This document shows, in pieces, positions 38,431 through 49,400 of a DNA stretch of 64,000 bases. The DNA is from an uncultured Acidobacteriota bacterium (lineage in GTDB: Bacteria > Acidobacteriota > UBA6911): the NCBI GenBank assembly GCA_963827655.1, contig CAWHCF010000036.1, forward strand, positions 232,827-296,826, given 5' to 3'. The notes under the pieces are model-generated. The model was given only the letters and a program-made list of their open reading frames with translations. It was not told the DNA's origin and made no database searches. Each line of letters opens with the position of its first letter. The stretch's first letter is position 1. The position numbers were made by a program, and so were the translations under genes.

Positions 38431-40197
38431 TCATCGGGCCTTCAGGATGAGGGCGGTCAGGTCGTCGCTGGAGCCCACCGCGCCCGCCCATTGGTTGACC
38501 GCCGCTATCAGGCCCTCCAGGATGGTGGACGCGCTCCCCCCGGAAAGTGTGCATAGAGCCTCGCAGACCCGCTCGTCGCCGAACTCGCGTTCGTCGGGAG
38601 AGTTGGCCTCGGTCACCCCGTCCGTTACCATGGCTACCACGTCCCCCGGCTCGAGCCTCACCTCGCCCGCCTCGTAGGACACATCATCAAGGATGCCCAG
38701 GGCGAGCCCGCCCGTCAGAAGCCGGCTCACCGTCCCGTCCCGGGCGACGCGGTAGGGCGGGACGTGGCCGGCGTTGACGTAGGCGAGCCGGCCCGATGCC
38801 GCGTCGAGTTCCCCATAGAAGAGCGTCACGTATTTATTGGCCTGGGTCTTCGCGAAGAGGAAACCGTTGAGGCGCTCGATCACCTTCGCGGGCGCTGCCG
38901 TCCCCGCCAGCGCCTGCATGGATGCGTGGACCGAGGCCATCAGAAGGCTGGCCGGCGTCCCCTTCCCCGAGACGTCCGCTATGAGGAGGGCGAGTCGGCC
39001 GCTTCCCAGGTTGATCCAATCGTAGCAATCGCCGCCCACCTCGTAGCATGAGCGGCTCTCGGCCGCCATGTCGAAGCCCGGGATCGCGGGGAAGTGCGGC
39101 GGGAAGAGACTGCGCTGGATCTCGCGGGCGAGCTGCAGCTCGCGGTCCTGCCGCTGCTTCTCGACGCGCAGCCGGTGCAGGCGCGCGCCTTCCAGCGCGG
39201 CGAATGCGTGACGGGCCAGCGTCTGAGCGAAGTCCCGGTCCTCCGACGAGAACGGCGTGCGAGAAGCGCGCTCCCCGATGGCCAGGACCCCCTCGACGCG
39301 CTCCCCAGCCGTCAAAGGCACTGCGAGGGCCAGCCGGGCTTCCTTCAGCCGCCGGCGCAGCGGTCCGTCCGGCAACTCAGCCACCTCCTTCGGCCCGAGG
39401 AGGTCACGGAGCGCGGCCCGCGCCTCTTCGGGAGGGATTGGCGCGCTGTTGACCTCGCGCCGCAGCCCGCGTTCGTACACGAGGGTCAGTCCTCGCGGCC
39501 CGAGGAGGTAGAGGCCGCAGCGCGAGACCACGAAGTGGCCCATGACGGTGGTCGTGATGAGGCCCTGGATCGCCTCCTCCTCGAAGCTACCTGTCAGCTC
39601 ACGGCTGACGTCGAACAGGTTGTGGAGCTGGTACACCTTGACTGAGAGCTTCTGCTTCACGCGCCTCAGCTCGTCGTAGATGAGGTTGTTCTCGACCGGA
39701 GCGGCGGCACAGGCGGCCACGCTGCGCAGGAAGGCGTGCTCCTCCGCGCCGTACGCGTCTCCTCCCGCTCGGGGGCCCAGGCCGAGCACGGCGATCGCGC
39801 GCTCGCGGCGACGGATCGTGCACAGCAGCACGAGACCGTGGCGGGCATGGGCCTGGTCGCCGGGCCCCAGGGCCGTGAGGTCATCGGGTGGCGCCTCAAA
39901 GCCCAGTGTGGAGGGCGCCCCCGGCGGGAGGCCGCACGAGGCCCGGATCGCGAAGGTGTCGTCGTCGCGCCTCACGAAGAGGGCCCCCCGCGAGGCCTGC
40001 ATCTCTGACATGACGATCAGAAGGGCCGCGTTCAGGCTCTCCTCACTGGCGAGGCCTGAGCTGAGCGTGGTCGTGAAGTCGAGGAGCGAGATCAGCTCCG
40101 ACATCCGCTTGAGGAGCGGTGGCTTCCTCCCCCCCTCCCGCCGGAAGTGGTCGAGGGCCTGCTGGTACTCGCGAACCACGGGGGTGGAGGCCGACAT
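38431..40197 (-). CDS. GAF-GAF-SpoIIE (PP2C, RsbU-like) phosphatase
   Basis: ELQLAREIQ, VGGDCYD, IADVSGKG, NAGH, TDGVTEA, SDDLT. Confidence 0.92.
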   Translation of the reverse strand: MSASTPVVREYQQALDHFRREGGRKPPLLKRMSELISLLDFTTTLSSGLASEESLNAALLIVMSEMQASRGALFVRRDDDTFAIRASCGLPPGAPSTLGFEAPPDDLTALGPGDQAHARHGLVLLCTIRRRERAIAVLGLGPRAGGDAYGAEEHAFLRSVAACAAAPVENNLIYDELRRVKQKLSVKVYQLHNLFDVSRELTGSFEEEAIQGLITTTVMGHFVVSRCGLYLLGPRGLTLVYERGLRREVNSAPIPPEEARAALRDLLGPKEVAELPDGPLRRRLKEARLALAVPLTAGERVEGVLAIGERASRTPFSSEDRDFAQTLARHAFAALEGARLHRLRVEKQRQDRELQLAREIQRSLFPPHFPAIPGFDMAAESRSCYEVGGDCYDWINLGSGRLALLIADVSGKGTPASLLMASVHASMQALAGTAAPAKVIERLNGFLFAKTQANKYVTLFYGELDAASGRLAYVNAGHVPPYRVARDGTVSRLLTGGLALGILDDVSYEAGEVRLEPGDVVAMVTDGVTEANSPDEREFGDERVCEALCTLSGGSASTILEGLIAAVNQWAGAVGSSDDLTALILKAR

Positions 40198-40529
40198 GGC
40201 ACTCGGAAACCTATAGGAGATTAGAATACGCAGCCGCGACGGCAGAGTTCCCGGAGCGAGGCCTCCCGCAACTCGTGCGAGAGATGCACGGCATGACGCT
40301 TCGTCGTTCCGGAAATCTTACAGGCGTTGTATATCGCGAAGGCGTCCGGCGAGCAAGGGAAATGGTGGCAGCGGATGGTTGCCTCGCCGATGTGGGGACT
40401 GGGAAGGTCGGGATTGCCTCTACTTCCCCGGCAACCAGAACCGCCCTCGCAGCCCTGACGTTGCTCGAAATGCGCTCCTCCAGCCCCGGCCCCGCGCGAA
40501 ATTTCGCTTCCTCCGGAAGCCTCCACGAT

Positions 40530-40660
40530 AGAAACGCTTATATGCGTATCTCACGAAATCACGAATCTCACGCTCATCATCGCCAGAAGGACGTCTATCA
40601 CCGCATTGATCGATGAGGGTGACTGCTCTGTGGGGGATCGGCAATCGAGATCTTCAGCAT
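40530..40660 (-). pseudogene. Decayed small STAS-like gene
   Basis: AAGGAG RBS + MLKISIADP, then out-of-frame fragments VTLIDQCG and VLLAMMS. Confidence 0.4.
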
Positions 40661-40679
40661 CTCCTTCCGCCTTGGGAAC

Positions 40680-40828
40680 TGCATTACTCGTGCCAGATCG
40701 TTCTTGGGTTCGAGATGTATCGTAAAAAGCTGATTGGAATAAAGTTCACAAAGGATGCGGCGAATCGCGTGGCGAGAACTGTCTAAGGTGTCGACACGAC
40801 ACGTGTCGAGAGGTGTCGGACTTTAGAC
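40680..40828 (-). promoter_or_regulatory. Sigma54 promoter with IHF site and upstream enhancer palindrome
   Basis: CTGGCACGAGTAATGCA (40696-40680, GG-N10-GC); AATCAGCTTTTTA (40735-40723) fits WATCARNNNNTTR; GTGTCG-rich inverted repeats at 40781-40828. Confidence 0.75.
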
Positions 40829-40974
40829 ACAATTCCCGCGAGCCGACTGTGAACAAGCGGACAGCGAATAATCGAAGTACTGAAGGCACATGATTCATCC
40901 AGAGCAATGGAGACGTCTAAGAGCTGGCGACGGGAGGGGGAATACCCTATGGCGAGCGCCGCTCGCGCTGATCC

Positions 40975-41238
40975 ATGGGCTCGCCGTTCAACTACGGCCT
41001 TCTTCACGAAGACCTCTTCTTTGAGACCAGCGGCGAGTTTTTCGGGGTTTGGGAGATCATAAAACCCATCGTCCCACAGGCTCGCGAGCGTTTCGTCGAC
41101 CAGCAATATCTCTCACACCTGGAACGGGTCGCACAGCGCTACGAATCCTTGGCGGAACGCCGTGCGCCCGGCCATGTTGCTGCCATGCGGCAATTCATGC
41201 AGCAGATGCGCCCTCAACCGGCAGCGGCAACCGCCTGA
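40975..41238 (+). pseudogene. 3' fragment of a hypothetical gene (DUF4760-like)
   Basis: NYGLLHEDLFFETSGEFFGVWE...HLERVA with coding-like composition; appears 5'-truncated. Confidence 0.5.
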
Positions 41239-41395
41239 TCAGACCGCAAACTAACCCGAGATGATGCTGGCAGGGTTCTCGTTCGGTCAGTTTGTCAGCG
41301 AACTTCACTACAGTCTGCGGTCTTGATGTCAACCTGACGAGATTCCTTCGAGATCCTCGCGATCGAAATTTCGGGACTGCGCCAAATCGAAGATG

Positions 41396-42700
41396 TTAAC
41401 GGCTTGCCTTGATGTCGTAGGCCCACAACGTCTCGAGATCCCGAATGTAAAGCCTCCCATTAGCAATGACCGGATACGCAAACGCCCTCTCCGCATACTG
41501 CCCCACCTTTTTATGCTTCGGCTGATTCGGCGGAGTGAATCGGCCCTTTTCGCGATACGCCTTCAGGGGTCGCCTCCACCAACACGAAATCTCCATTCTC
41601 TTTGTGAAGGTATAAATGCCCATCGGCGTAGGCTACCGAACTCATGCCTAAACTCTCGGCCTTCCATTTCACCTTCCCCGTAGTGAACTCAACCGCGACC
41701 AGCTCTTTCCCGGCGATTTCAGTGCCGTAAAGATAGTCACCGACCAGCACCGCCCCGCCGAAGCCGTTCGGGAGTCCGCGCGTGAAGTAGACCTGCTCCG
41801 CGGCGACTCCGCCACCGTCCGGCTTTAAGCGGACGAGTCCACCTCCGATACTAAGCGCCCCACCGTACACATATTCACCACGCGCGACCGGCGTGAAAGA
41901 CTGCGCCGGGCCTTTGGCCACTTCCTTGTAGCGCCAGAGGAACTCGCCCGTCTTCGCATCAACTCCGACTATGCCTTTTTTCAAAAACTGCACATATTGT
42001 TTTCGCCCGCCCCCTTGCACGACAATCGCCGACGCATAACCTGCGGGGTCGCCACCCGGAACCGCCGATTTCCAGATGACCGCGCCCGTCTTCTTGTTAA
42101 GCGCCACTATGGTGGCCTGCGCGCCGCCGGGGGTTACGACAACGACGTCACCATCAACCAACGGAGACTCCGCATAGGCCCATTCGCCCGGTTGGCCGCC
42201 GAACTCTTTACGGATGCTCTTCTGCCATCGAATCTTGCCGCTGCCGGTCTCGAGGCAGGCGAGGTCACCGTCCGAGCCCAGCGCGTAGATGAAGTCTCCG
42301 TCAACGGTAGGAGTGGACCGGGCCTTCGGGTAAGGCGGGTTCTGATCCGGGTTGCCTACGTTGCCGACGCGCGTTGTCCAGACAGGTGTTCCATCCTGAG
42401 TTGAGAGAGCCTGAACAAACTCGTTCTCCATGCCACGGTTACTCATCAGGTAGATCCGCGTTCCGACAACCGCCGGCGTTGAATAGCCGTCTCCTATGTC
42501 GTTCACTTGCCAGAGCAGTTTGGGTCCCTCCACCGGCCATTGTTTAAGGAGGCCGCTCTCCTGCGATGTCCCGTCACGTTGCGGACCTCGCCACTGAGGC
42601 CAGTCGGAAGTCGAAGTACCCATGTTGGCAGACCTCGAAATGGACACGGCTGAGAAGCCAACCAAACCGCTGCAATGGTAGTTAGTAATCGTGACTTCAC
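41396..42700 (-). CDS. PQQ-binding-like beta-propeller protein, two frameshifts (about 42665 and 41565)
   Basis: AGAAGGAG + GTG start; DWPQWRGPQRDG, GYSTPAV, ESPLVDGD; C-terminus AYPVIANGRLYIRD in a shifted frame. Confidence 0.85.
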
Positions 42701-43194
42701 TGTCTTCTCCTTCTGACTATTGGAGATGCAGAGGGATGCCCATGGCTGAAGGCAACAGGTATTCACATCAACAGATCAGTAGTTTTACGATTTTTGCGGG
42801 CTTTTGGTTTGAATTCATTTTTTTTCTCCTTTTCTTGAACGATATTGAACAGGCTATGAGCGCACGGTCAGGGATCTTGTCGGCACTCCTGTCCTAGGAG
42901 GTCTACGAATGCTCAACGGGGCCCGGATTGGGTTCTTGACGGATATTGGGATGGATCGCTGTCAAATGTGGAGTATGTGGTCGTCGCTCAATGCGGCTGA
43001 GAAGGCACGATTGGGCCTGGCGGTTCCGCAACGGCACGCCGCGCTTGCTCCAGCCACAGTGTGAACCGCATCGCGGCCAGGTCATGAGCCTGACGATCGG
43101 CTCACTCTCTCCTTCGCGATCCCCGGCCGCCCACCGCGCCCGGGATCAATTCCCCTTCGGCACCGCCTGCGTCAGGAGCGCGAGTGCGCGCCGC

Positions 43195-43260
43195 AAGCTC
43201 CGCAGGAACAGATTTTCAGCGGCGAGCGCACCTCGTGAACGAAGCCCGGTCCTAAACACG
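43195..43260 (-). pseudogene. N-terminal stub of an integrase-core (IS481/IS3-like) transposase
   Basis: FRTGLRSRGALAAENLFLR motif; the remainder is degenerate. Confidence 0.4.
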
Positions 43261-43431
43261 AAACTCACTCTATGCGACAGGGAATGGATGATTATGCAAG
43301 CATGGATCAGAAAGGGGATCTTCCGATGAACGCTTGCTGCGCCAGCTTTTGGATCACCATGTCGCGCTCAAGCGTCGGGAACTGACGTTTGACGATGGTC
43401 GTCGGTCAGAGAGTGCCGCCGCAACGGCTAG

Positions 43432-44835
43432 TCAATACTCGCGACTCCTCGTGATGCCCGGCATCGGCACCGGATACTTGCCGTCGGGGCCGCACTGCAA
43501 CGGCGCGGGCGAATTCTCAGCGAGCCGGTCGAGCCCGGGAGCGAACTCGTGGTCCCCATTGAGGATCTGATCAAAAGTGATGACCTGCCCGGTGTGCGCG
43601 GCCATGCGGCCCATCGAAGTGACAAGGCTCGCCTCGACGCCGCGCTTGACCTCGTTGTAGGGTGTGTCGTTGCGGATCGCGGTGATCAGGTGGGTCCATT
43701 CGTTTCGATAGGGGTTCCGCTCGTCCGGATTGACGTTGGATTCCCACAGCAAGTCTGAGGTCGGAGACTGGCCCTTGAAGATGCTGGAAGGCAGTCCGCA
43801 GTCGCCCCGGCTTGAGCCGATCGCGGAGCCCTTAGAGCCGTGGATGTAGCTACTGTAGTAATTCTGGCAGCCATTGATACAGCGGCCATCAAAATTGAAC
43901 TTGGTTCCGTCGGCGAACGTGTATTCGACGGCATACACATCGAAGTTCTGGTCAACGTAGGTGGCGCCATCGGCACTCTGGCGATAGTGGCGGCCGCCCA
44001 GCGCGTGGGCCTCCACCGGCCACTCGTTCTTCATCCAGCAGAGATGGTCGATGATGTGAATGTAGAAATCGCTGTAGTTGCCGCCGCTGGCCCACAAGAA
44101 ACTGTGGAATCGCTGCACCTGATACCGCAGGTCGCTCATGCCTTCCGGTTTCGGCGGCGACGAGAAAGAGCCGACGGGCCCGTGCATGCGGTAGCCGCGC
44201 ATGAGGATGACGTCGCCGATCTCCCCGCCGTGGATACGCTGGGCCAGCTCCTGCAGTGCAACGCTGTGTCGAGACATCAGGCCCACCCCGACCTTAAGAT
44301 TCTTTTTCGCCGCTTCCTCGCCGAGCGCGAGCATCCGCTTGCTCGTCGGGCCGTCCACCGTCACGGGTTTTTCCATGAAGACGTTCAGGCCCTTCTCAAT
44401 GGCGTAGGTGAAATGAACCCACCGGAACGCTGGCGGCGTCGCCAGGATCACCACGTCGCCCGGCTTCAGGCAATCCATCGCGTTCTTGTAGGCGTCAAAG
44501 CCGAGGAACCGGCGCTCCTCCGGTACATCCACCAGCGTGCTGACCTCTGCGTTATTGCTCAGCACACCGTGGCTGTTCTTAAGCTTGGACTCGAACACGT
44601 CGGCCATGGCGACGAGCTTGATGGGGCCGATGCTGGCCGTGCTGAACGCATCGCGGATCGCACCCGTACCGCGTCCGCCGCAACCCACGAGGGCGATCTG
44701 CATGGTGTTATTGCCAGCCGCGTAAACGCGCGGGATGACGGCGCCCGCCAGGGCCGAACCTGCGGCCGCCACCAGGAATTGGCGGCGGGAGGGATGCTGG
44801 GATGTCGGCAACGATGAAACTGATTGTCGCTTCAT
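43432..44835 (-). CDS. Tat-exported Gfo/Idh/MocA family oxidoreductase
   Basis: SRRQFL Tat motif, LVGCGGRGTGA, LATPP, FMEKP, HIIDH. Confidence 0.92.
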   Translation of the reverse strand: MKRQSVSSLPTSQHPSRRQFLVAAAGSALAGAVIPRVYAAGNNTMQIALVGCGGRGTGAIRDAFSTASIGPIKLVAMADVFESKLKNSHGVLSNNAEVSTLVDVPEERRFLGFDAYKNAMDCLKPGDVVILATPPAFRWVHFTYAIEKGLNVFMEKPVTVDGPTSKRMLALGEEAAKKNLKVGVGLMSRHSVALQELAQRIHGGEIGDVILMRGYRMHGPVGSFSSPPKPEGMSDLRYQVQRFHSFLWASGGNYSDFYIHIIDHLCWMKNEWPVEAHALGGRHYRQSADGATYVDQNFDVYAVEYTFADGTKFNFDGRCINGCQNYYSSYIHGSKGSAIGSSRGDCGLPSSIFKGQSPTSDLLWESNVNPDERNPYRNEWTHLITAIRNDTPYNEVKRGVEASLVTSMGRMAAHTGQVITFDQILNGDHEFAPGLDRLAENSPAPLQCGPDGKYPVPMPGITRSREY

Positions 44836-45316
44836 AGCTTGCTCTTTCTCCGAGGGCTGTGAACGTGGGCTCGGTCGTATTCGCCCGAACCCGTTCCGGT
44901 TCGCATTCATTGGAGCACTGCGCGATCTGTATACTATAGCACTGTCTTCGTCGATTGCGGCTGGCTCTCGGCAGATATAATACAACATCACCCTTCTGCC
45001 TAACGTGATCAGATCAGCTCTCTTACCGTTCGAAGGTCCATCTGGAGCCGTCAACTTGCTCCGAACAGACTTGACCAGCCGTCGCACGCGCGATCCTCGC
45101 CAAGGGAGGGACGCGCGAAGAAGTCGAGGCCAGGACGAAGCAATGGCTCGCAGGGCACCGGTCGCGCCCAGTGAAGCGGGTGTTTTTTGGCGCGTCAACC
45201 CGATGAATTGACCGCAGCCTTCTTCATCTCTTGAGGAGGAAACTGAAGGCTTTCCCTATTGCTGGAACCCGTGAATCCCCCCGAACTGGCCCCTCAGAAT
45301 TGTCAACCCCACCCTC

Positions 45317-46369
45317 TCAAAGGGCACTCACATCGAGGTGTTCAGCCGTCATCGCGGTGACTTCTACCATCCGCACAGGACCCTTCCCCTTGAGTTCAAC
45401 CGCTCCCCGTAAGGAAACATCGGCGCAGGGAAGCCGGGCGGACATTTCTTCCGTTACAGCGACCGTACCGGGAGAGGCCACGCCTGCCAGACGGGCGGCG
45501 ACATTCACGGTGTCACCCCAAATGTCGAACTGGTAGCGCTCGCGGCCCACGATCCCGGCCATGACCGGGCCCATGTGAACGCCGGACCTGACCCGCCAAC
45601 TGTGCCTGCTCTGGCCAGCCACTTTGGAGATCGCCAAGGCGCAAGTCACTGCGGCGTGCAAAGGGTCGGCCACTGGGTGGAGCAACCCGGCTGTTGCAAG
45701 AAATGCGTCGCCAATCGACTTTATCTTTTCCAGCCCATGGGAGCTCACGCATTCCTCGAAGGCAACGAAGAGGTCGCCTAAATCGCGGACGACCTCTTCC
45801 GGAGAGTGTTGATCGCAGTAAGTCGTGAAAGCCACCAGATCCGCGAACAGCACCGCGACGTTCTCAAAGCGGCGCGGTATCACGCTACCGGTCTTCTTGA
45901 TCTCCACGACGGCGGCGGCCGGAAGAATATTTTCAAGGAGTCGATCAACCTTGCGTTTTTCCTGGGCCAATTGCTCGCGAGCTTCGCGCAGCGTCAGGTG
46001 CGTTTGAACACGCGCCTGAACCACGGCAGGCGAGAAGGGCTTGTGGATATAGTCGACGGCGCCGAGTTTGAACCCCTTGGTCTCGTCCTCGGTCTCGGTT
46101 TTCCCGGTAAGGAAAATAACGGGAATGTCGCACGTAGTCGGGTCCAGTTTCAAGCGGCTGCACACCTCATAACCATCAAGATCAGGCATCATGACGTCGA
46201 GCAGGATCAGGTCAGGCTGCGGGAGCTCTTTCGCAAGCTCCAAGGCCTTAGCACCGTTGGTTGCAATCCGGGTTGTGTAGGAGTCCTTGAGGATGTTACG
46301 GATCACCTGGATGCTTGCTGGCGTATCGTCAACCAGCAGGATCAGCTTCTTGTCCATGCTGTCTTCCAT
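45317..46369 (-). CDS. Response regulator with class III adenylate cyclase output
   Basis: REC domain (LVDD, LLDVMMP, KPF); VLFADLVAFT, EKIKSIGDA, FDIWGDTVNVAARL (K/D adenine-specifying residues). Confidence 0.92.
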   Translation of the reverse strand: MEDSMDKKLILLVDDTPASIQVIRNILKDSYTTRIATNGAKALELAKELPQPDLILLDVMMPDLDGYEVCSRLKLDPTTCDIPVIFLTGKTETEDETKGFKLGAVDYIHKPFSPAVVQARVQTHLTLREAREQLAQEKRKVDRLLENILPAAAVVEIKKTGSVIPRRFENVAVLFADLVAFTTYCDQHSPEEVVRDLGDLFVAFEECVSSHGLEKIKSIGDAFLATAGLLHPVADPLHAAVTCALAISKVAGQSRHSWRVRSGVHMGPVMAGIVGRERYQFDIWGDTVNVAARLAGVASPGTVAVTEEMSARLPCADVSLRGAVELKGKGPVRMVEVTAMTAEHLDVSAL

Positions 46370-46442
46370 TCTTGCACCTCAAACGGGGTAGAGAACGCAC
46401 CTGCGGAAGTTCCGTGATGGCTTCAGGGTGCTCCACGTAAAC

Positions 46443-49400
46443 TCAGATTTTTTTGGTGAGAGCATTCCTCTCTCCGGCGGCTATCAGTTCCTCGTATGCC
46501 TCGGAGAAAGCATAGTTCTCGATCAGGCTCGCAAAATGTTCGAATTCTTGCTTGTTGAAGAAGATCCGCAAATGCGGCGCTGCAGACTCGAAATAGTCAA
46601 TCGCGGCTCCATCGGACTTCGCCAGGTAGCGCGACAACTGCTCGACAGCTGACTTAACCTGCCCAGGATCGCCTGCTGGAGCGGGTTCGCGGTCCGCTCG
46701 ATCAATTCCTTTCAATCCTTGGATGAGATCGGCAAGACACTCCTCAAGCGATGCGCGCCACAGTTCGATGTCAGATGCTGCAACCGAATCGGTAATAGCC
46801 TTCTCGAGATTGGCGGCCGCATGCTGGACAGCTTTGGCGCCAATGTTTCCGGCGACACTCTTTAAACTGTGAGCCAGCCGACCAGCCAGGGAACGATCGT
46901 TCCCGGCAAGGGCGGCCGCAATGCGCTGGGCAGCGTCAGCTTCCGTGTTGCAGAACTGGCGCAGGAGTTTTCTATACAGCTTTCTGTTGTCGGCCACCCG
47001 CAAGAGACCTTCCGCCGTGTTAAGGCCGGGCACATCCGGCAACTCGTCAGCCTCCGCGACCACAGCGGAACCCTGTTCATGTGCCGGCACGGCGACCGTC
47101 TTCACGATCGGCGTGACGAAGCGCTCCAAGGTTTCGAAGAGCGAAGAGGGATTAATCGGTTTGGACACATGAGCATTCATGCCAGCTTCTAAGCACTTCT
47201 GCCTTTCCTCAATGGTGGCGTGCGCTGTCATGGCTATGATTGGAAACTTCTCGAATCGTGGATCAGACCGGATTTTCTTCGTGGCCTGGTAACCATCCAT
47301 TCCCGGCATTTGAATGTCCATCAGCACCACATCAAAATTTGTGGGCGCCGGCTGGTCCAGCATCTTGCGGACCGCTTCAAGACCGTCGTTAGCGATCTCA
47401 ACGGTCGCGCCGACCCCCTGCAGCAACTCCACGGCGATCTGCTGGTTGATCTCGTGGTCTTCGGCAAGAAGGATTCTTACGCCACTCAGCCGGTCTGCAT
47501 GGCGATCGATCGCCGAAGCCGGCGTCGTTGTGTCTTGGCGGGCTCCAGAGAACAGAGTGACCAGCGTATCGACCAGCATTGACTGCGTAACCGGCTTAAG
47601 CAAGAACCCATCCATCTCCACCCGCTCCGCCTCTTCGCGCACCTCGTCGCGCCCAAAAGCGGTGACGAGCACGACAGCGGGGTGCTTCTTCAGTTCAGGC
47701 TCCTTTTTGATGAGACGTGCCGTCTCAATACCATCGAGGCCAGGCATTCGCCAGTCCATGAAAACGACGTCGTACGGCTCGTCCGAGTCGTGTTGTTTCA
47801 CTGCGGCTATGGCTTCCTCGCCCGAGCTCACCGCATCCACGCGGGCGCAGAGGCCATCGAGCGAATGCACCAGAATGTCGCGCGCCGCAGCATTATCATC
47901 CACAACCAGTGCCGAAACGGCGCGAAGCCGCTCGGGAACGATCCTGCTCCGCGCCAGGCCCGAGGCCACTCCCAAAGAGACTGTAAATCGAAACGTGCTT
48001 CCGGAGCCTGGTTCGCTCTCGAGCCAGATCTCGCCACCCATCAATTCTACTAAACGCCGGCAAATGGTCAGCCCGAGTCCGGTCCCTCCATGTTTGCGTG
48101 TTGTGGACGCATCGGCCTGGCTGAAAGGCTGAAACAAGCGGGCCGTCTGCTCTGGCGTCATGCCGATGCCCGTGTCCCTCACAGAGAATCGGAGCCTCGC
48201 CCTGGAGCCTATCTGTTCCAGCAGTTCCACTTTCAAGTAGACTTCGCCGTGATCGGTAAACTTGATCGCATTGTTGATCAGGTTCGAAATCACCTGGCCC
48301 AAGCGCAACGGATCGCCCACCAGATTCTGGGGAACAGAATCTGCGACGTCAGCCAGGAACTCGAGCCCCTTTTGCTGAGCCTTCTGAGCTGTGATGGAAG
48401 TCACGGAGGCAATCACGTCATCCAGGCGGAAGTCCACCGTCTCGATGTCAAGCCGCCCCGCTTCGATCTTCGAAACGTCGAGGATGTCATTGATCACCCC
48501 GAGCAGCGAGGTCCCCGCATTGTGAATCTTGTTGAGGTAGTCTCGCTGCTTGTCTGTCAACGGCGTCTTCAAGGCCAGGTACGCCATCCCAATGACCGCA
48601 TTCATCGGCGTCCGTATCTCGTGGCTCATGTTGGCCAGGAAGATCGACTTCATAGCCGTAGCCTCTTCTGCTCTCTCTTTCGCGATCTTGAGTTCCTGCT
48701 CAGTGGCGCGGAGTTCTGCCGTGCGCTGCTGCACCAGTTCATCGAGCCGCTTTTCACGCAGTTTCAGCCCCCTGACTCGCAATCTGTGGGCGCCGAGAAC
48801 CAGTCCCACAAATGCCAGACCCATCAGGCTCCTGAACCACCATGTCGCCCACCAGGGCGGTAGCACCGTGAGCTTGAGGGTGATACCCTTGTCATTCCAC
48901 ACCCCGTCTTTCGTCGATGCCAGAACGCGGAAGACATACCGTCCAGCCGGAAGGCTCGTATAGGTGGCTTGCCGGCGCGTGCTGTCAACCTCGTTCCATT
49001 CTGATTCCAGACCTTCCAACCGGTATCGATATCGGTTCTTTTCCGGGGCGGCATAGCTCAGACCAGCGAACTGCAAAGTAAAAATGCTCTGCGCGTGGTT
49101 GAGTATCAGGGAATCGGTCATCCAGATTGGCTTGTCGAGCGGCGAACCTTGACCCGGCTTGATCCGTTGATTGAACAAATGAAGGTCGGTCAAAACAACT
49201 GGCGGGACGTAGGAATTAGTGAAAAGGCGATCTGGGTAGAAGCTTGTCACGCCGTTGGTTGAGCTAAGGACCATTTCACCACTCGGACTCTGCCAGCTGC
49301 CCTCTGACAAATAAGGGTTCAGGACATTGGAAGGTAACCCCTCGGATTCTGAGTAGGTGCGATGATCTCTTGTCTCAGGATGAAATCTGATCAGGCCGTT

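Noticed and set aside
44836-45198. N-terminal extension of the Gfo/Idh/MocA ORF
   Set aside because: The RBS and Tat signal indicate a start at 44835.
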